Part shown: positions 40,732 through 49,906 of the stretch, piece by piece
How the letters are laid out: each line of letters starts with the position of its first letter
Position numbering within the stretch: position 1 is the first letter of the stretch
DNA from: Candidatus Buchananbacteria bacterium
GTDB lineage: Bacteria; Patescibacteriota; Patescibacteriia; CAIXNZ01
NCBI GenBank assembly: GCA_014729025.1
Contig: WJKP01000045.1
Location: 20,015 to 84,014 of the forward strand
Length of the DNA stretch: 64,000 nt
Direction of reading: 5' to 3'
The notes under the pieces: model-generated
The model's input: the letters and a program-made list of their open reading frames with translations, nothing else
Databases searched by the model: none
What the model was told of the DNA's origin: nothing
Program-made: the position numbers and the translations under genes

Positions 40732-41130
40732 TTAATTAATTAATTTGGTTTTTAATTTTCTTAAACGATTTTTCAAACTATAATCTATTAAATTATCATT
40801 ATAACGCAATAAAAACCCGCCTTTTAATTTTTTATCAACCTCAGCAGAAAATTCTATTTCACCATCAACCAATTTTTCTAAATATTTTTTTAATAATGTC
40901 TCAGTCTGTTCATCAAGCTTATAAGCGCTTATTATTTTTGTACTCGTTATATTTTTTCGTTTATTCCAAAGCTTATCAAAAAAATAAATTATTTTATCCA
41001 GCTGAGAAATTTGATTATGTTCAAGCAATAATTTAGCAAAATTATTAATCATCTTTTGCCAATCTGATTGTGGAGCCTGTTCAAGACTCTCGAATAAAAC
41101 TTGGGCGTATTGCTGCGGTTTGATTTTCAT
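40732..41130 (-). CDS. atpH: ATP synthase delta subunit (short)
   Basis: YAQ.L N-terminus, VD..LKGG...IDYS; operon position. Confidence 0.85.
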   Translation of the reverse strand: MKIKPQQYAQVLFESLEQAPQSDWQKMINNFAKLLLEHNQISQLDKIIYFFDKLWNKRKNITSTKIISAYKLDEQTETLLKKYLEKLVDGEIEFSAEVDKKLKGGFLLRYNDNLIDYSLKNRLRKLKTKLIN

Positions 41131-41131
41131 A

Positions 41132-41629
41132 TTATTTTTTTAAATTTGTTACTATTTCTTCAATAATCTTCTTATCTTCGGATTTATCCACCTTTTTATC
41201 AATTATTTTTTCCAAGGCAATTACAATCAATTTACTAACATCTTTTTTTACTTCATTAACCAACTCGGCTTTTTCCTGTTTGATTTTAGTTTTTTCTTCA
41301 TTAATAATTACTGAAATATCTTGTTTGGCTTTAGCGATTAATTCTTTTCTTTTTTCTTCAGCCTGATTTTTGGCATTTTCAACTATTGCTAAAGCTTCTT
41401 TTTTGGCATCTTTAATTATTTTTTTTTCTTTTTCACTCAATTCTTCTAATTTAGCTTGAGCTTTTTCGGCATTGATTACGCCCTCTTCGATCTTTTTACG
41501 TCTATCATCCAAAAACCTCAAAATTGGTTTATAGCCGAATTTATATAAAATAAAAACCAAAACAGCAAAATTAATCAATTGCGCTATTAAAATTTTATAA
41601 TTCAAACCTAATGATTCAATTAATTCCAT
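41132..41629 (-). CDS. atpF: ATP synthase b subunit
   Basis: AQLINF.VL..L.KF.YKP...LD.R..KI followed by a coiled coil. Confidence 0.93.
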   Translation of the reverse strand: MELIESLGLNYKILIAQLINFAVLVFILYKFGYKPILRFLDDRRKKIEEGVINAEKAQAKLEELSEKEKKIIKDAKKEALAIVENAKNQAEEKRKELIAKAKQDISVIINEEKTKIKQEKAELVNEVKKDVSKLIVIALEKIIDKKVDKSEDKKIIEEIVTNLKK

Positions 41630-41692
41630 ATTAAATAATTAAAATTTAAATTAATCCAGCCCTTTAATTAAGAGCTGAACAATATCTAATTT

Positions 41693-41920
41693 TTAACCGA
41701 ATAAAATAATTAGAGCAACAACCAATGAATAAATAGCGGTTGATTCGGCAATAGCCATGGTAACAAAAATCAAAGGAGTAATTTTATCAGCGGCTTCAGG
41801 ATTTCGGCCAATTGCTGATAAGGCGTTACCAGCAATAATCCCTTCGCCGATACCTGAACCAATCGCACCAAGTCCAATTGCTAAACCAGCAGCTAATAAT
41901 TTAAAAATTTCTGGATCCAT
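41693..41920 (-). CDS. atpE: ATP synthase c subunit
   Basis: GxGxGxG, RNPE loop, AESTAIY. Confidence 0.95.
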   Translation of the reverse strand: MDPEIFKLLAAGLAIGLGAIGSGIGEGIIAGNALSAIGRNPEAADKITPLIFVTMAIAESTAIYSLVVALIILFG

Positions 41921-41999
41921 AAATTTAATGTTAATTATTTATTAGTTAATTTGTTTATTAGTCTGACCAATTTACCAATAAATAAATCAACCAACAAAC

Positions 42000-42758
42000 C
42001 TATATTGAATGCTGTTCAACAACTTCATCACGATCTATTTCAGCAGCTAAACTGATAAAAACCAAAGTCAAAACAGAAAAAACAAAAGCCTGAACAACAG
42101 CTGTTAAAATTCCCAAAAATATAAACGGTAACGGTATAAAAAAGGGAGCTAAAAATAACATTACAGCCCCCAAGACTTCACTGGCAAAAATATTGCCAAA
42201 TAAACGGAATGATAAAGAAATTATTTTAGCGATCTCACTAATAATATCCATTAAGCCCAAAATGAAATTTAACGGACTGGAAAAATTAATAAATTTCTTT
42301 AAATAACCAAATGGCCCATGAACAATAATAGCCACAACATGCATAGTAATAATAGTTATCATGGTCATTACAAAAACCATACCATAATCAGACATAACCG
42401 CTCGAAAAACCGGTACAATACCTTCGGATTTATGCAGATTAACAGCTGCTTGCCCCGGAATATAAATAACCAGATTAGCCACCAAAGTAAAAATAAACAT
42501 TGTCATTACCAAAGGAAAAATTTTCCTGGCTTTTTCTTCTGTACCGATTATTGATTTTACAAAATCATAACCCTTTTCAATTAAAAGTTCGAAAACGCTC
42601 TGAATTTTACCAGGGATCAATTTTTTACGTTTATTTAAAATTAAAGTAAAAATAATCAAAAAAAGACTTATAACAAAAGTCCATAGTAAAGTATTGGTGA
42701 TCGGAAATCCAGCTATCTCAAATATGGTTTCTGGGGCTAATGATATATTAAGCTTCAT
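42000..42758 (-). CDS. atpB: ATP synthase a subunit
   Basis: SLSFRLFGNIFA, VQAFVFSVLT. Confidence 0.95.
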   Translation of the reverse strand: MKLNISLAPETIFEIAGFPITNTLLWTFVISLFLIIFTLILNKRKKLIPGKIQSVFELLIEKGYDFVKSIIGTEEKARKIFPLVMTMFIFTLVANLVIYIPGQAAVNLHKSEGIVPVFRAVMSDYGMVFVMTMITIITMHVVAIIVHGPFGYLKKFINFSSPLNFILGLMDIISEIAKIISLSFRLFGNIFASEVLGAVMLFLAPFFIPLPFIFLGILTAVVQAFVFSVLTLVFISLAAEIDRDEVVEQHSI

Positions 42759-43023
42759 TGTCTTTAATATCCTTTCGATTATTTTTAAATTCTTTTTTTA
42801 CTACTTGATTTAAATTTTTTATTTTTTTATATAAAAATATATTAGTAAAGATAAAAGCGATTAATACACCAATAATCAAAATAATTGGTTGGGTATTTAA
42901 ATATTTATCCAATAAATAACCGATTCCGCCAAAAAAAATTAAAGGACCTAAAATTAAAGCACCGGTATACAGGCTTAAATTTAACATTAATTTTTTTATA
43001 TTGGAAACAATATCTTCTGGCAT
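42748..43023 (-). CDS. AtpZ/AtpI-family small membrane protein
   Basis: GY.LDKYL.T.P motif, two TMs, first gene of the atp operon. Confidence 0.8.
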   Translation of the reverse strand: MPEDIVSNIKKLMLNLSLYTGALILGPLIFFGGIGYLLDKYLNTQPIILIIGVLIAFIFTNIFLYKKIKNLNQVVKKEFKNNRKDIKDNEA

Positions 43024-43091
43024 ACTTTTAAAAGTAAAAAGAAAAAAACTCGAATCGAGCTTTTTGGGAAAAAAAATTCATAATCACCAAT

Positions 43092-43120
43092 ATAGTACAT
43101 CTTTTTTTTAAAAAAGTCAA
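43092..43120 (-). promoter_or_regulatory. Probable atp operon promoter
   Basis: Minus strand TTGACT (43115-43120), 17 bp, TACTAT (43092-43097). Confidence 0.55.
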
Positions 43121-43149
43121 GCTGTTTTTAAAATTTAACTGTGCATAAT

Positions 43150-43770
43150 TCAAATTAATTGCCGCTGACTGATTGGTTTATATGATTTTCTATGGATTGG
43201 ACAAATATCATATTTGCTTAGCATTTGCTGATGCAATTTGGTACCATACCCTTTATGTAAATCAAAACCATACTTAGGGTATTTTTGGGCTAATTTTAGC
43301 ATAATATCATCTCTAGCCACCTTGGCTAAAATCGAAGCGGACGCAATAGAAAAAACCAAATTATCACCTTTGACAATTGTTTCCCAGGGAATTCTTATTT
43401 TATATTTAGTTACGCTGGCTTTATCAATTAATAAATATTGTGGTCGAATACTCAAACCATTAATCACCTTGTCTATAACTAAAGCATTAGCCTTACCAAC
43501 TCCAATTTCATCAATTACAGTATTATCAATTACCACAACCGTACAGGATAAAGCTTTATATTTAATTTCCTCAACTAACTTTTTTCTTTTAAAAGCTGAT
43601 ATCTTCTTAGAATCTTTTAACCCTTTGATCATTTTTCTGCGCTCAAAAATAACACCCGCTGCCACAATTGGCCCAGCCCAAGCTCCCCGACCAACTTCAT
43701 CTATCCCGGCTACATATTGATAGCCTCGTTGCCATAAACCAGATTCCCTTTTCCAGTCAGGATTTTTCAT
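43150..43770 (-). CDS. rnhB: Ribonuclease HII
   Basis: GIDEVGRG, DSKK, KGD, ASILAKVARD, HKGYGT, HRKSY. Confidence 0.96.
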   Translation of the reverse strand: MKNPDWKRESGLWQRGYQYVAGIDEVGRGAWAGPIVAAGVIFERRKMIKGLKDSKKISAFKRKKLVEEIKYKALSCTVVVIDNTVIDEIGVGKANALVIDKVINGLSIRPQYLLIDKASVTKYKIRIPWETIVKGDNLVFSIASASILAKVARDDIMLKLAQKYPKYGFDLHKGYGTKLHQQMLSKYDICPIHRKSYKPISQRQLI

Positions 43771-44660
43771 TATTGTAAATTAAATAATTTAACAGCATTA
43801 TTAAAGGTTTGTTTTTCAATCTCTGTAAAAGTTAATTCTTTTAAATCCGCTATTTTTTGGGCAATATAACGAACAAAATAAGGTTCATTTTTCTGACCGC
43901 GATAAGGCTCAGGTGCCAAAAAAGGCGCATCTGTTTCAATTAAAATTTTATCCAAAGGAGTCTCTTTGGCAATTTCTTGCAATTCTTGGGCATTTTTAAA
44001 AGTAACAATACCAGTAAATCCGACATAAAAACCTAAATTTAAAAATTTTCGAGCCTGAGTTTTATTACCACCATAGCAATGAATAACGCCCTTATGATAA
44101 TCTTCTTTTTCTAAAATATCCAAAATTAAATCATAAGCGCCATAAGGGTCGCTTTCCTCTCCTCGACAATGCAAAACCAATGGCAAATCAAGTCTTTTGG
44201 CTAATTGAATAAATTGTTTAAAAACATTTATCTGTATTTCTTTAATCTTATCCATTGTATATTCTTCATCCGCCATGCGAAAGAAATCTAAACCAGTCTC
44301 CCCTATGCCCACAACCGTATCACTTGATTGCGCTAAATTTAAATATTTATCATAATCTCCGCCAAGGGCGGATCCGCCTCTGGCGGAAAATTTTTCCTTA
44401 GGGGTGAAAAAACTGTGCTCTTCCCCACCAAAACTGGCTTTTTCAGTTACATCTTTAACCAAATGTATAGGATGACAACCAATCACAGCCCAAATTCCTT
44501 TGCCAAATTTTTTTGCAATATCAATTGTTTTTTGACTGGTTTCATAATTTGACCCAACATTAATTATCCAGGTTTTATTATCAAAAGAACGCTGAACTAC
44601 ATCATTAAGTTCAGCGGCATATTCATGAAAATTTATATGAGCATGAGAATCAATTAACAT
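43770..44660 (-). CDS. tatD: TatD family hydrolase/DNase
   Basis: DSHAH, G.HP, GETGLD, HCR, HCY, ETDAP.LAP; carries an in-frame repeat insertion. Confidence 0.92.
   Translation of the reverse strand: MLIDSHAHINFHEYAAELNDVVQRSFDNKTWIINVGSNYETSQKTIDIAKKFGKGIWAVIGCHPIHLVKDVTEKASFGGEEHSFFTPKEKFSARGGSALGGDYDKYLNLAQSSDTVVGIGETGLDFFRMADEEYTMDKIKEIQINVFKQFIQLAKRLDLPLVLHCRGEESDPYGAYDLILDILEKEDYHKGVIHCYGGNKTQARKFLNLGFYVGFTGIVTFKNAQELQEIAKETPLDKILIETDAPFLAPEPYRGQKNEPYFVRYIAQKIADLKELTFTEIEKQTFNNAVKLFNLQ
44358..44387. repeat. Double copy of the 15-bp palindromic unit TCCGCC-NNN-GGCGGA inside tatD
   Basis: TCCGCCAAGGGCGGATCCGCCTCTGGCGGA, translated as SARGGSALGG. Confidence 0.8.
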
Positions 44661-44718
44661 AAATTAAGTAATATAAAATAAAAATCACATTAAACTTTAT
44701 AAACTTTTAAACTTATCA

Positions 44719-45228
44719 CTAAATTACCGATTGTAATTGGCGTAAAAGTTCCGGCAGCATCCATTGCAAGATACTGGAAGTTTTTAAAAACCAAGGAGCC
44801 AATTTAGACGCCTGCAAAACAGCAGTGAACCATTCAGAGACCGGAAAACGTGAAATCATAAATAAAGCTAAACCAATCACCAAAATTCCTTCAAAAAAGC
44901 CCAAAACCGCACCTAAAATCCGATTAATTGTTTTTAAAAAAGGTATAATACTCAAAAATCTAAAAATACGATCTAAAATATAAAAAGCAAACCCGATTAA
45001 CCGATTAACAATAATAAAAATAAAAATAAAAGCAAAAATTTTCATTAAATTAGGATGACCGAAAATTTGAGTTAACCAGACACCAAGCTCGTCATACCAT
45101 AAACCGGCAAAAAAAGCACCGGCAAAAGTCCCAACTATTGCACCTAAAGTATGGATCAAGCCAAACCATAAACCGAATAAAATAAAGCCACCTAAAATTA
45201 TTAATAAAATTACGTCAAAAATAGTCAT
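44719..45228 (-). CDS. CvpA family membrane protein
   Basis: D.ILL..L.G...G...G start, NR.LGA.LG..G motif, 4 TMs. Confidence 0.85.
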   Translation of the reverse strand: MTIFDVILLIILGGFILFGLWFGLIHTLGAIVGTFAGAFFAGLWYDELGVWLTQIFGHPNLMKIFAFIFIFIIVNRLIGFAFYILDRIFRFLSIIPFLKTINRILGAVLGFFEGILVIGLALFMISRFPVSEWFTAVLQASKLAPWFLKTSSILQWMLPELLRQLQSVI

Positions 45229-45246
45229 AAATTAGTAATTAATTTA

Positions 45247-46806
45247 TTATTGTTTATTATTTAAACGCGGAAATAAAGGCTTGTCTTTTTTTATTTTTTG
45301 GCCCAAAGGTAAAGTAGCCCATTTTCTCAAATCAAGGATTGATTTTTTAAATTCTTTTGCCGGTGAAAAACCTAATTGTTTTAAAATCTTTTCGCTGGCA
45401 GCGGGCATAAATGGCCGAATCATGATAGCGGTCTGACGCAAAGTTTCCAAAAGATTATACATGACATCAGCTAAAATATCTTTATCCATTTCTACTAATT
45501 CCCAAGGCCGTTCTTTTTCAATATAAGCATTTGATTTTCTAATATTTTCCCAGGCAACTGCCAAAGCCTGATCAAATTGAAAACTTGTCATATAATGATC
45601 ATATCTCTCCCAATCGGTTTTTAAATCAAATTCAAAAAATTTATCAGAATCTCCGCCAGAGGCGGAAACATTAAATTTTGGGACTTTGCCATAAAAATAT
45701 TTTTCAGTCATGGATAAGGTGCGAGAAAGCAAATTCCCCAAATCATTGGCCAAATCAGAATTATATTTTTTTTCAAATCTTTCATAAGTAAAATCACTAT
45801 CTTCAAATGTAGGCAAACCACTTGCAATAAAATAACGAACAGTATCAGTACCGTATTTATGCACTACTTCCATTGGGTTAATTACATTGCCTAAACTTTT
45901 ACTCATTTTTTGACCGCCTGAATTAATAAAACCAAAAATCAAAACCTGTTTGGAATTGGGCAAACCGGCTGACATTAACATAGCCTGCCACATGGCAGTT
46001 TGCTGACGCAAATTATCTTTACCAGCCACCTGAATCCCCGGCCAAAATTTTTCAAATGTTTTATTATCTTTAGGCCAGCCTAAACATGAAATATAATTAA
46101 CCAAAGCATCAAACCAAACATACATAACATGTTCTTCATCATCAGGCACAGGCACGCCCCAGGGCATTTTATCTTTTAAACGCGAGATGGAAAAATCTTG
46201 CAAACCGGCTGAAACAAAATTTTTAATCTCATGTAAACGATGCTGAGGTATGACAAAATTTTGATTTTTTTCATAAAAATCCAAAAGTTTTTGCTGATAT
46301 TTAGACCAGGCAAAAAAATAATTCTCCTCATCAATTAATTCTAATTCCTGATTAGGATGGATCGAACAACGGCCGTTTTCCAACTCCGAATCACTTTTTT
46401 CCATTTCACAACCAACACAATACTTAACCTGATAATTTTTCTTATAAATATCGCCGTTTTCCTTGCATAAACGCCAAAATTCCTGAGCAGCTTTAATATG
46501 CTTAGGATCGGTAGTACGAATAAAACTATTAAAACTTAAATTTAAAGCGTCATCAAGCAATTGAAACTTGGCCGCATATTCATCAACATATTTTTGCACA
46601 TCTTTGCCAGCTTCCTGCGCCTGCCGATAAATTTTTAGACCATGTTCATCCGTTCCGGTATTAAAAAAAACTTCTTTACCAATCATGCGCTGATAACGCG
46701 CAATAATATCAGCTCTAACAATTTCAGCGGCAAAACCAATATGCGGATCCGCATTAACATAAGGCAAGGTAGTTGTAATATAAAAAGTTTCTTTTTTAGC
46801 AGACAT
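45247..46806 (-). CDS. metG: Methionine--tRNA ligase
   Basis: YVNADPHIG, TGTDEHG, YVWFDAL, KMSKS. Confidence 0.97.
   Translation of the reverse strand: MSAKKETFYITTTLPYVNADPHIGFAAEIVRADIIARYQRMIGKEVFFNTGTDEHGLKIYRQAQEAGKDVQKYVDEYAAKFQLLDDALNLSFNSFIRTTDPKHIKAAQEFWRLCKENGDIYKKNYQVKYCVGCEMEKSDSELENGRCSIHPNQELELIDEENYFFAWSKYQQKLLDFYEKNQNFVIPQHRLHEIKNFVSAGLQDFSISRLKDKMPWGVPVPDDEEHVMYVWFDALVNYISCLGWPKDNKTFEKFWPGIQVAGKDNLRQQTAMWQAMLMSAGLPNSKQVLIFGFINSGGQKMSKSLGNVINPMEVVHKYGTDTVRYFIASGLPTFEDSDFTYERFEKKYNSDLANDLGNLLSRTLSMTEKYFYGKVPKFNVSASGGDSDKFFEFDLKTDWERYDHYMTSFQFDQALAVAWENIRKSNAYIEKERPWELVEMDKDILADVMYNLLETLRQTAIMIRPFMPAASEKILKQLGFSPAKEFKKSILDLRKWATLPLGQKIKKDKPLFPRLNNKQ
45652..45666. repeat. Single 15-bp palindromic unit inside metG
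   Basis: TCCGCCAGAGGCGGA, translated as SASGG; preceded by AATC like the tatD copy. Confidence 0.7.
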
Positions 46807-46807
46807 G

Positions 46808-47428
46808 TTATATTATATTATTTTTAATTAAATTATCCTTAATTACCTGAAACATGATTTCATGACCTTGTTCATCAGGGTGAATACCATCAACCAAATT
46901 ATCTGTAGCAACTTTATCATATAAATCAATAAATAAAATATTTCTTGACTGACAAAAATCCTTAATTATTTTATTATACTGTAATATATTTTGATTATTA
47001 TAAAAAATATTAGGTTTCCAAGGTATGGGAGAAACCATGGGCTGATTAACGGTTGTTAAACCAATAAATATTATTTTATCAGAATATTCAGAGGCTTGAT
47101 TAAATAATTTTTCCAAATTATCTTTAAAAACCTCAATTTCTGTCCTTTGTTTATTTTCTTTTTCTAAAAAAGCAGAATCATTGGTGCCTGTTGCAAAAAT
47201 AACAATATTTTCCTCATCTTCATCAACTCTATATTTTATATCTGTCTCAAAACGGTCTAAAACCATAGAACTGGTATCACCAGGAATACCAAAATTATAA
47301 ACAAAATAATCTTGTAATTCATGATTTTTTTCAAGATAACTACGTAATCTCTGAACCCAACCGCCTTTGGTAATGTCCCAGGCTCCATAAGTTATGCTAC
47401 CGCCAAAAATTAAAATATTTTTTGTCAT
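46808..47428 (-). CDS. SGNH/GDSL hydrolase
   Basis: FGGSIT (block I), N.GI.G, GTND, DGIHP. Confidence 0.88.
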   Translation of the reverse strand: MTKNILIFGGSITYGAWDITKGGWVQRLRSYLEKNHELQDYFVYNFGIPGDTSSMVLDRFETDIKYRVDEDEENIVIFATGTNDSAFLEKENKQRTEIEVFKDNLEKLFNQASEYSDKIIFIGLTTVNQPMVSPIPWKPNIFYNNQNILQYNKIIKDFCQSRNILFIDLYDKVATDNLVDGIHPDEQGHEIMFQVIKDNLIKNNII

Positions 47429-47433
47429 AAAAT

Positions 47434-48102
47434 TTAATTTATTATAACTACAAATTCACCTTTTATGGTATCATTATTTAATTGTTTTAAAACCTCATCA
47501 ATTGTGCCCCGATAAACGGTTTCAAATTTTTTAGTTAATTCACGGCAAATTACCACTTGCTTAGTTAAACCTAATTCTTGTAATTTATTTAAAGTTTTTA
47601 AAATCCTATGAGTTGATTCATAAAAAACAGAAGTAAACTTATTATTGATTATTTCTTGTAAAATCTTTTCTTTACCTTTTTTATGCGGCAAAAAGCCATA
47701 AAAAATAAATTTATCAGTTGGTAAGCCGGAAATTGATAAAGCAGAAACAACAGCTGAGGGACCGGGAATTGTTATAATTTCCACACTATTTTTCAATACT
47801 CCAATCACCTGCTCTATTAACTTATTACCCGGGTCAGAAATACCCGGAGTTCCGGCATCTGATACCAAAGCGAAATCATTCCCCTTTTTTAATAAATCAA
47901 TTATCTTATTAACTTTGGTAATTTTAGAATGTTGAAAATAACTTAAAGTTGCTGTTTTAATCTCATATTTATTTAATAAAACTTTTGTCACCCTGGTATC
48001 TTCGCATAAAACAAAATCAACCTCCTTTAAAATTCGCAGGGCTCTTAAAGTAATATCCTCCAAATTACCGATTGGTGTAGCAACTATATATAATTTACTC
48101 AT
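47434..48102 (-). CDS. rsmI: 16S rRNA C1402 2'-O-methyltransferase RsmI
   Basis: LYIVATPIGNLEDIT.RA, CEDTR, SDAGTPGISDPG, RELTK; ATG at 48102. Confidence 0.96.
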   Translation of the reverse strand: MSKLYIVATPIGNLEDITLRALRILKEVDFVLCEDTRVTKVLLNKYEIKTATLSYFQHSKITKVNKIIDLLKKGNDFALVSDAGTPGISDPGNKLIEQVIGVLKNSVEIITIPGPSAVVSALSISGLPTDKFIFYGFLPHKKGKEKILQEIINNKFTSVFYESTHRILKTLNKLQELGLTKQVVICRELTKKFETVYRGTIDEVLKQLNNDTIKGEFVVIIN

Positions 48103-48141
48103 TTGCCCTAATTTTAACAAAAATAAGCAGTTTTGTCGAAT

Positions 48142-48175
48142 AAAAAAACACGCCCTTTTACGGGCAGTGTTTTTT
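48142..48175 (-). terminator. Terminator after the 34-aa micro-ORF
   Basis: AAAAAACACGCCC...GGGCAGTGTTTTTT, a stem with one bulge and a U-run on the minus strand. Confidence 0.7.
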
Positions 48176-48278
48176 ATTCATCATCTAAATCAGCTGTAGT
48201 TGGCTCATAAAATTCATAATCTTGTTCGCAAGTACATTTATCAATATCATTATCACAAATAGGACATTTTTCCATCAT
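48174..48278 (-). CDS. 34-aa Cys-rich acidic microprotein (not in the ORF track)
   Basis: MMEKCPICDNDIDKCTCEQDYEFYEPTTADLDDE, preceded by TTGACA (48346-48351), 18 bp, TATAAT (48322-48327) and followed by a terminator. Confidence 0.65.
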   Translation of the reverse strand: MMEKCPICDNDIDKCTCEQDYEFYEPTTADLDDE

Positions 48279-48443
48279 CTTTTTTTGTCTTAATTTTTAT
48301 TTTAAAATAAATATATTCAAGATTATAAAATATGCATAAAATACTTGTCAAGTTTTTAAAAGCACTTATCCACAAATTTAAATGGCTCCTGCCAAAATTG
48401 ACAGAAGCCATTGTCCCTTTCACCCTTGATGGGCGCTCCCTCA

Positions 48444-48917
48444 CTATTTATTTTTAATATATTTTTTAAATTTTTGCAATTTTTCCTTTTGTGGTTTCTC
48501 AATATGAATTTCGTTCCTTTTTTTCTTAATTTTTCTATTGGCTTCAGAAAAAGACAGGCCTTGATATATAAAATGGGCAGCTAAAATCGTTGGGGCACGG
48601 CCATGACCGTTTTTACAATGCAAATAAATTTTAACTTTTTGGTCAAGCAAAGCTTCTATTGTTTTAACACCCACCCAAAGTTGTTTTAAAGTCGGTGCGG
48701 TATGATCTTTAACCGGCAGCCATAAAAAACAATCAACACCAATTGGTTGATCAATCCTTTCATCTTCAATTGAAATATCAGCTTTAATACCTTTATTTAA
48801 AAGTTCTTGTTTAAAATGCCTTTGACAACAAGCATTTGTCCCCAAATATATCAAAGGAGTAATTTTATTATATTCAAATTTAACATGGTCTTTTTTCTTG
48901 TCTTTAGATTTTGCCAT
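48444..48917 (-). CDS. Dual-specificity / PTP-family phosphatase
   Basis: I...IYLG, LPVKD general acid, HCKNGHGR (CX5R). Confidence 0.88.
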   Translation of the reverse strand: MAKSKDKKKDHVKFEYNKITPLIYLGTNACCQRHFKQELLNKGIKADISIEDERIDQPIGVDCFLWLPVKDHTAPTLKQLWVGVKTIEALLDQKVKIYLHCKNGHGRAPTILAAHFIYQGLSFSEANRKIKKKRNEIHIEKPQKEKLQKFKKYIKNK

Positions 48918-49884
48918 AAATATTTATATCAATTTTAGACAATTGTTTTTGCAACGGTAATTTTTCCAATAAACCATGTTTTGCTCCCATAGCCTGAATT
49001 ACACCACTAGAATTTAAAATTGCCAAACGCAAAGCATAATCCCAGTCAGATTTTAAAATTATACCGGCACAAAACCCGGATCCAAAAGCATCACCAGCTC
49101 CAGTAGTGTTAAGTACTTCTGCTTTTAAAACATCAGCCTTATAAATTAAAATGTCATCAGATAAATAAGCGCCTTTTGAACCGTCAGTAATTACCAAGTA
49201 ATTAGGAGTTAATTTATCTAAAACTTTAAAAATTTTTTTAATATCTTTTTTTCCTGATAATTTGGCTGCTTCGGATTTATTAATATTAAAAATAGTTGTT
49301 TGTTTAATTAAAGGCTCTAATTTAGCTTTGCCATGCTTTAATTCCCCGCTACCCGGATTCCAAGCAATTTTTATTTTATTCTTTTTCGCAAAATTGAATA
49401 TTTTTTTCAATAAACTTAAATTCCCAGCCAAAGAAGTAATATAAAACCATTTAGTTTTTAATTTATCCCATTGAAAATCGGAAGAAGAAAAATTAGCACT
49501 GGCACCGCGATAAACTAAAATCGTGCGGTCACCGCCAGGCGTAATCAAAATTGTTGAATAAGCTGTTTTGTGTTTTTTATCAGCTACTAAATTTGACGGA
49601 TTTATATTATTATCAGCCAAGACTGACATTATTTCCATGCCATAAATATCATGGCCGATTTTTGATACAACCGAAGTATTTAATCCCAAATTAGCAAAAG
49701 TATAAGCTGCATTGGTTGCCCCACCACCAGTGTCAAAATAAATATCACCTAGTTCTATTTTAGCACCATAAGCAAAACATTCACCAACTCCGCCTTTAAA
49801 TTTATCACTTTTAATTATCTTAAAATCTTTGGAAACTAAAAAAACATCTTTGGTGGCTGAACCGATTGTAATTACATCAAACAT
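48904..49884 (-). CDS. PfkB family carbohydrate kinase
   Basis: ATG 49884 (MFDVITIGS), GGGATNAA, N..EA, NTTGAGDAF. Confidence 0.92.
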   Translation of the reverse strand: MFDVITIGSATKDVFLVSKDFKIIKSDKFKGGVGECFAYGAKIELGDIYFDTGGGATNAAYTFANLGLNTSVVSKIGHDIYGMEIMSVLADNNINPSNLVADKKHKTAYSTILITPGGDRTILVYRGASANFSSSDFQWDKLKTKWFYITSLAGNLSLLKKIFNFAKKNKIKIAWNPGSGELKHGKAKLEPLIKQTTIFNINKSEAAKLSGKKDIKKIFKVLDKLTPNYLVITDGSKGAYLSDDILIYKADVLKAEVLNTTGAGDAFGSGFCAGIILKSDWDYALRLAILNSSGVIQAMGAKHGLLEKLPLQKQLSKIDINIYGKI

Positions 49885-49906
49885 AATTTTATAGTAATTT
49901 AAATCT

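Noticed and set aside
48253-48444. 63-aa ORF from the track
   Set aside because: It spans a hairpin and a consensus promoter. The 34-aa ORF at 48174-48278 has better support.
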